A DNA stretch of 63,940 bases, counting the filler, from Chiloscyllium plagiosum (Eukaryota): the NCBI RefSeq assembly GCF_004010195.1. It is 4 parts of one record of this genome, joined end to end, with 100 filler letters (N's around TTAATTAATTAA, not from the genome) between each part and the next. Parts side by side here need not be neighbours in the genome. Positions count along the whole stretch, not along the records: positions 26,236 to 53,885 come from NC_057712.1; 3 more parts are not named here. The stretch is one strand, 5' to 3'. The notes below the pieces were generated by a model. The model was not told the origin of the DNA. It ran no database searches and saw nothing but the letters and a program-made list of their open reading frames with translations. Shown here piece by piece: positions 38,987 to 50,750 of this stretch. A program made the position numbers and the translations under genes. The first letter of the stretch is position 1. Each line of letters opens with the position of its first letter.

Positions 38987-39200
38987 TAGCTGAAAATGTG
39001 TTGCTGGAGAAGCGCAGCAGGTCAGGCAGCATCCAGGGAACAGGAGAATCAACGTTTCGGGCATAAGCCCTTCTTCAGGAAGAAGGGCTTATGCCCGAAA
39101 CATCAATTCTCCTGTTCCCTGGATGCTGCCTGACCTGCTGCGCTTCTCCAGCAACACATTTTCAGCTCTGATCTCCAGCATCTGCAGACCTCACTTTCTC
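38987..39200. mobile_element. PLE family A mini fold-back with 14-bp TSD
   Basis: ~88-bp inverted arms (38988-39075 / 39080-39167); TSD CTATAATACATTTG at 38973-38986 and 39201-39214. Confidence 0.93.
39046..39081 (-). ncRNA. Minimal type-I hammerhead ribozyme motif (intact core)
   Basis: ttc CTGAAGA A GGGC ttat GCCC GAAA CG TT^ GA; palindromic AACGTT stem III. Confidence 0.7.
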
Positions 39201-41536
39201 CTATAATACATTTGGATCCTTCCTCCAAGCATTAATACATATTGTAAACAGTTGCAGTCCCAGCACTAATTCCTGTGGAACCCAGTTGGTCATAGGTTGG
39301 CAATCTGAAAAAGAATCCATTATCTCCACTCGCTGTTTCCTGCCCATTAGCCAATTCTTTATCCAAGCCAATATACTACCTCCAACACCACGGGCTTTTA
39401 TGACTTAACCTTTTGTGAAGTACCTTGTTGGGTGCTCTCCAACTACAACATATCTACAAATCCACTCTGGTTCAGACTTCCTTAAAAAACTCTAATAGTC
39501 AGACATGATTTCTCTTTCCTGAAGTCATGCTGACTCTGCTTGATTGTATTATGATTTTCCAAATGTTCTGCTATTACCTCCTTAATAATTGATTCTAATA
39601 CTTTTCCAACAATATATGTGAGGCTAATTGGCTTATAGCTAATTGGCCTGACTTTTGCCTCCCTCCCTTTTTGGCAGTTTTCTAATCCTCTGGTACTTCT
39701 CCACAAACCAAAGATTTTGGAAAGTTAAAACCAATGCATTCACTATCTCTTTTGCTATTGCTTTTCAGATCCTAGGATGCAAGCCACCATTATCTGCCTT
39801 TAGTGCTATTAGTTTGTCTAATACTACTTCTTTCATGAAGGTGATAGTACTTAATTCCTCTACTGTATTCCTTAGTATTAATGGGATGTTCAAAGTATCA
39901 TCCAGTGAACACTGATATAACATGTATGTTTAACTCCACTGCCATTTCCTTGTTCCTCATAACGTCTCACCAGATTCATTTTCTAAGGAGCCTGTGTTCA
40001 CTTTGACCTATCTCTTCCTTTTTATATATTCAAAGAAGTACTTATTGTCAGTTTTTACATTCCTTACTCATTTGCCCTCACAGTTTACTTTCTTTATCGT
40101 TGTTTTCATCCTTTTCTGGATTCTGAATTTATCCCAGTCTTGGGGCTATGACTGTCAACTGTCATTTAAATTAAGACTGCGATTAAAATCTGGAATCTGT
40201 CAACAGGAGATGAATGTTACATTCCATAACCATGAGATTTCATACATTCAGTAGAGAGGAGGTGAGTTTAAGGTATTTGTGTTTAGCTAACCAGCAGTCC
40301 TTCAGTCCTCTGTGACTGATCATCAATGAACAGGACAGATAACATATGAGGAAGTGCCGATGTTAATATGGATCAAGTTAGGAAGTTGCTAAGTTTAATC
40401 ATCTATGACATTGCAACAGCAACATTTTGGTAAAAGTGGTAACAGCAATGAACTTCAAACATCAACTTCTTCCATCAGTCTTTGCGGTGGAAGACACCAG
40501 CAACATACCAGAACCTCAAGACAGACGAGGGCAGAGGTGAGTGGAGTAAGTGAAGAAAGAAGGTGCTGGGGAAGCTGACAAGTTTGAAGGTGGATAAATA
40601 ACCAGGTCTGGATGGACTACACCCTACAGCTCTGAAGGAGATAGCTGAGGAGATTGTACAGGTAATGGTGGTAATCTTTCAGGAATCACTGGAGTCAGGG
40701 AGGGTCCTGGAGGTTTGGAATGTGGCTAATGCAACACCCCTGTTTAGAAGGGAGGGAGGCAGAATACAGGAAACCATTGGCTGGTTTGCTTGATCTTGGT
40801 CGTTGGTAACTTTTTAGAGTCCATTATCAAGGATGAGATTGCGGAGTACTTGGAAATACATAGTAAAACAGGGCAGCGTCAACACAGCTTTGTTAAGGTT
40901 GGGGGGCGGGGGGGGGGGGGTTCATGCCTGGCAAATCTGTTAGAAGGTACCTCTTTGAGGAGATAATGAGTAAGTTAGACAAAAGAAAGCTAATAGTCGT
41001 GATTCATTTGGATTTCCAGAAGACTTTTGTTCTGGAAATCCAAGGTGCTGCACAAGAGGCTGCTATATAAAATAAGAGCCCATGATGTTAGGGCCAGGGT
41101 ACTGGCATGGATAGAGGACTGGCAGAAGGCAGAGAGTGGGGAGAAAGATGTCTTTTTCAGAATGACAGCGGTGACTAGTAGAGTTCTGCAGGGATCTGTG
41201 TTGGAACTACAACTATTCATGTTATACATTAATGATCTGGAAGGAACTGAGGACATTGTTGCTAAGTTTGCAGATGACATAAAGATTGGTGGAGGGACAG
41301 GTAGTGTTGAGGAAGTGGAGAGGCTGCAGAAGGACATGTTACGTGAGTGGGCAAAGATGCAGATGGAATACACTGTTGTAAAGTGTGAGGTTATTTGGTT
41401 TTTGTTTGGAAGAATAGATGCATAGACAATTTTCTAAACGGAGAAAGGCTATGGAAATCTGAAGCAAAAGGACTTCAAAGTCCTAATTCGAGATTCACCT
41501 AAAGTTAACATGCAGCTTCAGTTGGTGGTTAGGAAG

Positions 41537-42477
41537 TGTTATGGATCGAACCAAACCCCTTTCAAATATATCAAGGAGATAACCTCGACCCTAACCTTTT
41601 CTTATTTAATTGCAAATGTAAGGTGCTATGTTCCGGGTGTAATTTGATTGGTTACACTACTTAGCTTTAAGCAAAACATACTTTATTCTTTCTCTATAAT
41701 TAAAACACAAACAAAAGAAAGAACAATTTGTCTAACTTTAACTCTATTTGAAAACTTATGAGAATAACAGATTATTCAACTTCTAAACAACAACTGTTCC
41801 AATGTAGTAACATCCCATAAACACATCCTTGCAAAGGCATATTCAGTCTTACATGTAATTGTTCTCTAGTCCGGAGGAAAGAACATCCAGAGAAAATTCT
41901 GGCAGAGAGAGAGAGGGAGAGAGAGAAAGCGAGCATTTTGCTGCAGAAGGGAGGGATGTGTGGCTGCTTCAAAACCCAATAACAATTGGGGCGGCACGGT
42001 GGCTCAGTGGTTAGTACTGCTGCCTCACAACACCAGGGACCCACTTTCGATTCCTGCCTTGGGCAACTATCTGTGTGGAGTTTGCACATTCTCCATGTGT
42101 CTGCGTGGGTTTTCTCTGGGTACTGTGGTTTCCTCCCGCAGTTCAGGTGAATTGGCCATGCTAGATTGCCTGTAGTGTCAGGGGTAGGGGAATGGGTCTG
42201 GGTGGGTTGCTCTTCGGAGGGTCGGTGTGGACTTGTTAGGCCAAAGGGCCTGTTTCCATACTTTAGGGAATGTAAAAAAAAAGCTAAACTAAAGCCCTGG
42301 TTTCGTGGAAGCCTGACTCTACCCATTCCTGCTGCTTCTGTTGTTCCAATTTATATAAAGAAACCAAGCTGTTTATTTTATTGGCTTGTAACAAACCACT
42401 AGCCACCTCTGTCTCAATCTCTCTTCTATAAAAAAAACAGGGCAAAATATACCTATTAACGCCACAGTATCATCACA
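41537..42477 (-). mobile_element. Solo LTR (TG...CA) with nested HE1
   Basis: TGTTATGG...CATCACA termini; both ends are reverse-homologous to 49061-49570. Confidence 0.75.
41988..42282 (+). mobile_element. HE1 V-SINE
   Basis: GGGGCGGCACGGTGGCTCAGTGGTTAG...TTCGATTCC...V-domain...A tail. Confidence 0.92.
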
Positions 42478-43350
42478 AGGCAAATGCAATGTTAGTATTC
42501 ATTTCAAGAGGACTTAAAAACAAGAGCAGAGATGTAAGATGCCCAGGTTGTATCAGGTTCTGGTCTAACTGTATTTGAAGTATTGTGAGCAATTTTGGGC
42601 TGAGTATCTGAGGAAAGATTTGCTGGTGTTAGATGAAGTCCAAAAGAGGTTTACAAGAATGATTACGGGGTTGCAGGGCTTGTCATATGACAAGTGTTTG
42701 AGGACTCTAGGTCTGATGGAGTTTAGAAGGATGAGGGGGGATCTGATTGAAACTTACAGAATACTGAGAGGCCTGGATGGAGTGGACTTGGAAACGATGT
42801 TCCCATAAGTAGGAGAGACGATGACCTGGGGGCCACAGCCGCAGGGTAAAGGGACGACCCTTTAGAACTGAGATGAGGAGGAATTTCTTCAGCCAGAGCA
42901 CAAGGAATCTGTGGAACTCATTGTTGCAGAGCTGTGGAGGCCAAGTGTATTTAGATAGGTTCTTGATCAGTAAGGCTAGGAAGGGTTACAGGGAAAAGAC
43001 AGGAGAATGCAGTTAAGCCATAATTGAATACTGGAGCAGACACGATGGGTTGATTGCAAACTGTCCTTTTCATGGAGCAGGCATGTTTTTAGGAGGGAAA
43101 GAAACTGGGATAAATGATTCAAGCTCCAAGAGATGGTTGTCATGTTCTGATATGAAATGATGTTGATAATAGTTTAATACAATTGTTTACCTGATGGAAG
43201 AAGTGAGATGTTTTTCCCAGCTTGGTTGCACATCCTCCCTCAGCTGTGACAAGTGTTGGATTACAATTTCATAAGTTCTGCCTATCCATGGTATCTGAAC
43301 CAGTGGAGATTCTTAATGTGTGAGGGTGCAGGTTATGACAGATTAAATAT

Positions 43351-43487
43351 ATGGAGAGGCTGACCAGAGTGGGGCTGTTTTCCCTGCAGCATTGGAGGCT
43401 GAGGGTTGACCTTATAGAGGTTTATAAAATCATGAAGGGCTTGGATAAGGTAAATAGACAAGGTCTTTTCCCTGGGGTGGGGGAGTC
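43351..43487 (+). mobile_element. HER1 fragment
   Basis: ERLTRVGLFSLQHWRLRVDLIEVYKIM. Confidence 0.85.
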
Positions 43488-44008
43488 ATGGCCTCTAAAC
43501 AAGATATCTACCATCCAGGAATTGATCAGAGGGAGCTATGAAGGCAGTGGAATCTCCATCCTTCATCCTTTCACCTTGATCACATGTTCTCTCCATCTCC
43601 AAATTCACATCCAGTGAATGATCAAATTCCACTCCACATGCAAAATGGTGTGAGATGTTTATCTGTGAGTAAATTATGTAATTTTATGTATTATTAATGG
43701 CCAGCAAATGTCTTGTCTTCAATTGACTGTGATTGGACGAGGAAAGCAGAGTCTGATAGCTCAGCTGGGAGCTGTATGGACCCAGATCCATCTTCATAGC
43801 TCACTGCAGCAACTGTGGCAGAGATTACCATTGCCAGTGAGATTCTCGGAGATAGAGTTGACCATGCAGCACAGTGCAAATCATCATGACACGAGGTGGA
43901 GCTGTGCCAACTTGACTTAGTTGCCTGTAAGATAGCAGCTTGAAACAATAAGAAAACCAGTAGATCTCCTAGAAACTCCAATGTTAAGAAGAAGTAGATG
44001 GAGGAATT

Positions 44009-44583
44009 AGTCATAGAGTCATAAAGATGTACAGCATGGAAACAGACCCTTTGGTCCAACTCGTCCATGCCAACCAGATATCCCAACCCAATCTAGTCCC
44101 ACCTGCCAGCACCTGGCCCATATCCCTCCAAACACTTCCTATTCATATACCCATGCAGATGCCTTATAAATGTTGCAATTGTACTACCCTCCACCACTTC
44201 CTCTGGCAGCTCATTCTATACACGCACCACTCTCTGCGTGAAAACGTTGCCCCTTAGGTTCCTTTTCAATATTTCTCCTCTAACCCTAAACCTATGCCCT
44301 CTAGTTCTGGACTCCCCCACCCCAGGAAAAAGACCTTGTCTATTTACCTTATCCATGTTCCTCATGATTTTATAAACCTCTATAAGGTCACCCCTCAGCC
44401 TCCAATGCTCCAGGGAAAACAGCCCAGGCCTATTCAGCCTGACCCTGTAGCTTAAATCCTCCAATCCTGGCAACATCTTTGTAAATCTCTTCTGTACCCT
44501 TTCATGTTTTACAACATCCTTCTGATAGGATGGAGACCAGAATTGCATGCAGTATTCCAAAAGTGGCCTAACCAATGTCCTGT
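44009..44583 (-). mobile_element. HER1 3' end
   Basis: Minus [14 protein letters not shown]...; TCATAGAG tail repeats. Confidence 0.95.
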
Positions 44584-46039
44584 CCTATTGTGTATTTATG
44601 CTGCCTTACATGGTTACCAAGTTTTCATGGTTGTTTCATTCTTTGGTTTAAAAATTAGAAAAGTTATTTTACTACTGGCTTTCTGTTCAACATCTACTGC
44701 CAATTTCTCCAACTGTAGATCAATCGAGTTCACATTTGTTGTCAGGTGTTTTTGTTTCCATGTGAAATGGGTCAGCTTTTCCTTTTTGTTGTTGTCTGGG
44801 AAACAAATGGTGACTAAAGGTAAAGTGCTTGTAATGTCATTGGAAGAATGCCAAACTAGTTCTAATGCATCGGCACAATTTTTGTTATTACTGCACTGTG
44901 GTTTCCTCTTTGCATCATGCATAACTGAGCTTCTAGATTGGTTCTGAGCTCAGAAGTTTGGGTCGTGTGCCAGGAATGTGGGATGAAACTCATCCTTCAC
45001 CCGCAGGGGATGAAAATGCTTTAGTTTAACAGAAACAGATTCACAAATGTTATCGCACTTGGCGCTTAGTATGTAAGCCATCAGATCCTTGAAATGCTAT
45101 ATTAATGGCATGATTAGGCATCATTGGAATTCCCCTTGGAATGTAATTTTTGACTGAACAACAATTGCTGTTCAATTTTAACAAAATCTTAACATGCAGT
45201 GAATGGCAATTTAACTTAAGTTTGTTTAATGCAATTGAGCAGAAGACTTTTCACAAGAATTTCCCGAGAGAAACTTTTAAAAAGCTAAATGTAACAGATA
45301 AGTCTTTCTATTTATCATTTTAAGTGTGCATTGCAAGTGAGTTTGGCATGGAATTCACTTTACGGTATATTTGGGGAAACAAAGATCCACTAGAAATATA
45401 AGAAATGAAATGTAAATGTGTAGAGGAGCTACTTGATGCTGGTAAAATATCTAATGTGCAATTCTGCAAAATATAGGTCCAATAAAAAGAGAATCTCCAC
45501 TACAAGCTTAATACAAGCAATATAGAAAGTCATCACTGTATAATTTCCAGTCAGATTCACAGTATCATTAGTAAGAAGATTCAGCTCAACTGTTGATTTT
45601 GTTCATTCTTGATTGCATTTGGTTTTACAGGTTTCAAGTAAACTGTAAAAAGTTATCTATTCAAGGCATTCCTCCTGCTATACATGCCTCTCTTTGGTAT
45701 CCTTATCCACTGCATTAGTTTTCATATATATCCAGGCAACACCCAGCTCCACCTTACTACCACTCGCCCCAACCATTCCATTGCCTCTGAGTTACCAAAC
45801 TGCTTGAATGGTACCCAGTCCTGAATGAGCTTTAATTCTCCCTGAATGTTGGGAAAATTGAAGCCACTGTCTTTGCAGTTACACAAACCTTATTGCATTC
45901 CTGTTCTATCCACTTTCTTAGGTTGAACCCAGACTGTGTTTATAACCTCAGTTATATATATTTCTGAGCTGAGCTTCTGATAGTATATTTCCTCCTACAC
46001 AAAAAAAATCTCCTATATCCATCAGCATTGAGTATAACA

Positions 46040-46965
46040 TTGAGGAGCCCTTGCAAAACTGGAATTAATTGGGATTGAGGGAATCAGTCTACGCTGGTTG
46101 GAATGATAGCTGGCACAAAGGAAGACAGTTGTAGTTGTTGGAGGTCAGTCATTTAAGCTCCAGGACATATCTGCAGGAGTTCCTCAGGGTAGTGTCCTAG
46201 ACCCAACCATGTTCAGCTGCTTCATCTATCACCTTCCAACTGTCATAAGTTCAGAAGTGGGGATGTTTGATGATTGCATAACGTTCACTTCCATTCATAA
46301 TTCCTCAGATATGAAGCAGTCCAAGTTCAAATGCAACAAGAGCTGGACAATATCTAGGTTTTGACTGACAAGTAGCAAGTAACATTTGGACCGCACAGAT
46401 GCCTAGCAATGGTGATCTCCAACAAGAGAGAATCTAACCATTGCCCGTTGTCATTCAGACATCATCATTGCTGAATCCTCCACTATGAACTCTTGGAGGT
46501 TGCCATTGATCACAAATTGAACTGGACTAGTTGCATAAAAATTGTGGCTACAAGAGGAGGTCTGAGTCTAGGAATCCTGTAGTAAGTCATCTGAACTTCC
46601 AAAGCCTGTCCACCATCTACAAGGCACAAGTCAAAAGTGTTAGGGAATACATGTACTCCCCACTTGCCTGGATGGGTGCAGCTCTAATAACACTCAAGAA
46701 ATTTGACACCCTCCAGGACAAAGCTTGATTGATTGGCACCACATCCGCTCACTCCACCACTGATGCCCAGTAACAGAAGTGTGTATGATGTAAAAGATGC
46801 AGAAATTCACTAACCCACTCCTTCGACAGCACCTTCAAAACCTACGGTGTACCTACAACAAATGGACTGTGGTGGGTCAAGAAGGCAACTCATAATCATT
46901 TTCTCTTGGGATTGACAATAAATGCTGCCCCATCCAGTAATGCCCACGTTACATGAATGAATTAA
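46040..46965 (+). mobile_element. CR1/L2-group LINE RT to 3' end
   Basis: CTGCAGGAGTTCCTCAGGGTAGTGTCCTAG homologous to 5028-5060; LSTIYKAQV; tail CAATAAATGCTG...CATGAATGAATT. Confidence 0.8.
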
Positions 46966-47389
46966 ACAAAAAGACTCAAAATACACAGGGGTGGCTGGTG
47001 AAATGGCCCCTTAAATTCACTCTTATGGGCGGGGTCATTAGTTGGAGGAGAGCGACAGTGGGAGGAAGAGGCAGTCACAGAAAGGTTTGGTGGAAGACAA
47101 GGAGGTTTCAAGGGGAGGTGGAAGGAGATTGTAAAAGAGGTGTGTGAGTGAAGGAGACTGCTGTAATAAGTGTGTGGGAGTCAGGGGCTAGAGGGAGGCT
47201 GCAAGGGTGAGGAAGTGTGGGCGGCGGCAAAGCAGGGAGAACAGTTTTAAACACGTCAACAAAGCAATATCCAGCAAACTGGAATCCAAGAAAAGTTCAA
47301 GGCACTGAGATAATGAGCTCCTTGCAAATGAATATGGAGTTTCTCATTAAGGGCTGTGTAAATTCTGGGAGTTACTACACTTGGAAAAA

Positions 47390-47765
47390 ATGTAGCAGAT
47401 CCTCCTTCAATGTGAACTATCTGAGATGAAGTAAGTAGGGTTGTAGCTGCCTGAATTAAAATGTTCCTGCTTTGTGCATTCGATTTCAAGAGGAGTTAGA
47501 TATAGCTCTTGTGGCTAAAGGGATCAAGAGATGATTAAATTAGATTACACTAGATTCCATACCCTGTGGAAACAAGCCCTTTGGCCCAACCAGTCCACAC
47601 CGACCCTCCGAAGAGTAACCTACACAGAACCATTTCCCTTTGACTAGTGCACGTAACACTATGGGCAATTTAGCATGGCCAATTCACCTGACCACATCTT
47701 TGGACTGGGGGGAGGACAGGATCAGCCATGATCTACTCTTGCTTCTATCTTCTATATTTCTATGC
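47390..47765. mobile_element. CR1 3' tail (+) interrupted by partial HE1 (-, ~47533-47712)
   Basis: GAGTTAGATATAGCTCTT..AAAGGGATCAAG; CACTATGGGCAATTTAGCATGGCCAATTCACCTGACC. Confidence 0.7.
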
Positions 47766-48189
47766 AAGTGCAGTGGCAACGTATGAGCTTATACGCCACC
47801 AGTTAGCAACACATCTATATATGGTTTTGGCTTTTGATGTTTAGAAGTGTGTGTCAGATCTTTCGAAAAATACTTTTGTTTTCCCTATGCTTGTTATCTT
47901 GTACCAGTTTAAGTGCTGGGGTGTACTGGAAAGTACTGGTTTCCTACTATTTTTTGGCTTTATGTTCAATGGAAATTTGATCATTATTGAGGACATTGAT
48001 GAATTATTCTAATTCTGATCGTGAGTTCACATACCCCACAGAAAGGTATTGTGATGACATAACGACATCACTTAACAAATAAGTTAGTGAGAATGAAAAC
48101 ATAGGCCCCAAAAATCAAAACGTAGCCCTTGAGCAAATCTCGCAAAAAGTCCTCAAAAATAAAAAATTATTGACCCCTGGATTCCACCT

Positions 48190-48710
48190 ATGAAATATTT
48201 CCAGACTCCACATCACCGCAGTTTATTTACTGCTGAAATACTCATCCAAGTTTTTGTTACTTTCAGAATAGGTTATTCTATTGCATGCTGACTAGCCTTG
48301 CATCTTCCCCAATCGTAATCTCATTCAAAGGTCTGCTGTAAACAGGTTAAATGTTGCACCAATAGCACCTGGGCCCTGTGCTCTAGAAATCCCTCTCTGA
48401 ACCTCTCTGCCTCCCTTTCCTCCATTACCATGCTCCTTAAAATATATCCAATTGACCAGCTTTTTAGTTATCTGCTGTAATAGTGCTCTTTGTTAATGTT
48501 CGATAATGCCAAATAAGGCTGTTTTACAATGTTAAAGGTATTACATAACTACAGACCATGTTCTATTAACTTATTATGTTGAATCCCTCCTCATTTACCT
48601 ACATTGGCTTCTCGTACTTCAGTGTCATAATTCTAAAACTTCTCATCTTCATGCAGATTTCCACCTCACCCTTACCCTGTATGTTTAGCCTCCCCTAGTC
48701 CTACAATGTT
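48190..48710 (+). mobile_element. L2 LINE 3' fragments (continue ~50353-50480 and ~50765-50910)
   Basis: GCTGAAATACTCATCCAAGTTTTTGTTACTTTCAGA..TATTC resembles L2 E.LIHAFVTSRLDY; CTACATTGGCTTC resembles LHWL. Confidence 0.6.
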
Positions 48711-49060
48711 TTGGGAACATTGCATTTGTTGAAAATATCTAGTCTGTGCTTTGTGTAATTATAATTTATAATGTATGAAATATATGTAATGGTTTTTCAT
48801 TTTAGGAATTCTGGTTTAATAGTAGAAAATGAGACGAATGCAATATTGGAGCATTTGGAAGTCTAGTGTTCTTAGAAGGTTCAGGTCATGTTGATTCAAG
48901 AGGTTACCCATGATTGTTTAATAGAATCAGAATCAAAGAGATTGTTTGATTTGATATTTATAGATAAATTAGCTTAAAAGTAATTGGTAAACTCAGAAAG
49001 GCTTGGTTCAAAGGAAGCTACAATGTAATTGAGAGCTTAAGAAGGTCTTTAGTTTTAATT

Positions 49061-49570
49061 TGTGATAATACCATGGCTTTAAGAGGTATATTCGTCCTGG
49101 GTGTTTTATGAAGAGAGGTCGACGTAGAGGTGATGAGTGGTCTGCTTCAAGCCACTAAACAGCTTATGAGGTCTTGGGGTTTTTGTTTTAAAATCTGTTT
49201 TCCCCAGTGCTAAAAGCTTGGGTTCTCTTCCTGCTGCTAGAATTGCAAGTGAGACAATCTATGTTACTGAATTTGCCTTTGCCAAGGGTGTGCTTATGGG
49301 ATGTTACTATATTGGAATAGTTAATAACTAGTTTATTATTTTGAGTATTTCAATAGAGCTTTCTTTATGCCAATGCTTTTTATTGTTTTATTTCGTGTGT
49401 ATTTTAAATAGTGTATGAATAAAGTATGTTTTGCTTCAAGCCTGATAGTTTGACCGATCAAACTGCATCGCGAATACACTGCCAGGTGCTTGTCTTTAAA
49501 GTAGGAAAAAATTTAGGGTCTAGGCTTTCTTCTTGACATTTTTTGAAGGGGTTTGGTCTAGTCCACAATA
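49061..49570 (+). mobile_element. Solo LTR, 510 bp, 4-bp TSD
   Basis: TGTGATAATAC...GTCCACAATA; AATT on both sides (49057-49060 / 49571-49574); AATAAA near 49418. Confidence 0.8.
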
Positions 49571-50481
49571 AATTTTATCTGTTTGTTTGCTGTGGGAAGT
49601 TAGTTACAATTGAAACTGAGAGAGTGCTGTTCACACACTCTGTTAGTTATAACAGAAATCTTTCCTGGAATCCATTGGTAGTTCAGTGCAGCTGAGAATG
49701 GAAGTGAAGGAAGCCCATGAGCTGAATTTGCTGGGTTGAGCTGAGAAATACTGGAGCTCAGAAAAACTCTGTAGGCATGCTTAGTATAGCCAGCTCTCTG
49801 CAAAAGAGTTAGAATTGTATATCTGAGTAGATACTTGAATATGATCTTGTGAATGCATTCAAATGCAATCTTCAGGAAAGAGATTGAACTAACTGAACAT
49901 GGTAATCATTAAGATATTCTGTTATGGAGAGGCTGGCGTTTAAGGAAGTTTCAAGGTTCGATCTTTGGAAGTGAATATTTAGAATCACTTGTAAAGGAGA
50001 TAAAATTTTACTGAGATTTATTGATCCATCATGTCAGTGATATCTGAGAGATTGCTGAGAAACACATAGTATCTGTCTTACCTGCATCTGCTATTCATTG
50101 TACTCTGTGAGGTATTCAGCAGTAGTTTATCTGTTACTTGCATTTACTTTGTTAATTTGAATAGTATGTTGCTTTTATATAAAGTAAATTTATATTATTA
50201 GTCTAACTTCACATAATAAAGTTTATTTTGTTTGTTTAAGACTGTGGAAACTTGTAGCTTTATTCGTTTAGAAAGTACAGGTCTAAACCAAAAAGAAGTT
50301 ACTGTTGCTTAGCAAAAATGTAATATAAATTTTGTAGTCAGGGATCAAAACAAATTCTCCAACTCTGACGTCTAGTGCATGTCCAATTCCCATTATCAGA
50401 CCATTGGTGGCTGCATATGTCTAAGCACTGGAGATGTTTGTAAACTTCTTTGGTTTTCCATCTCTCTGCCCTACACCTTTT

Positions 50482-50750
50482 AGAAGGAGAAAGTGAGAAC
50501 TACAGATGCTGGAGGTCAGAGTTGAGAGTGTGGTGCTGGAAAAGCATAGCAGGTCAGGCAGCATCCAAGGAGCAGCAGAGTTGACATTATGGGCATAAGC
50601 CCTTCATCAGGAATGAGGCTGTCAATGTTTCGGACATAAGCCCTTCAACAGGAATGAGCATCATTCCTGATGAAGGACTTATGTCTAAAATATCGACTCT
50701 CCTGCTCCTCAGAAATTGCCTGAGCTGCTGTGCTTTTCCACCATCACACT
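50482..50750. mobile_element. PLE family A fold-back with 13-bp TSD and three degenerate hammerhead cores
   Basis: TSD CCCTACACCTTTT at 50469-50481 and 50751-50763. Confidence 0.9.

Larger units (their letters stand above)
37690..40145 (-). mobile_element. Old CR1, interrupted by HE1/HER1 (38190-38609) and a PLE fold-back (38987-39200)
   Basis: Tail at 37695-37780; minus ORF YKPISLTYIVGKVLESIIKE...KSCLT; an adjacent CR1 fragment lies at ~37240-37690. Confidence 0.82.
40470..43055 (+). mobile_element. Old CR1 ORF2 + tail, split by a solo LTR (41537-42477)
   Basis: QGSVLELQLFMLYINDL..KFADDIK; sequence resumes AGGAAG|GCAAATGCAATG across the LTR; YCEQFWAEYLRKD. Confidence 0.85.

Noticed and set aside
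38987..39200. MITE or pre-miRNA interpretation of the fold-backs
   Set aside because: Ends are asymmetric (one-sided tail), TSDs are 13-14 bp, and single-arm copies exist; this fits Penelope retrotransposition better
41988..42070. tRNA genes at SINE heads
   Set aside because: A/B-box-like heads run straight into HE1 or DeuSINE bodies; no complete cloverleaf
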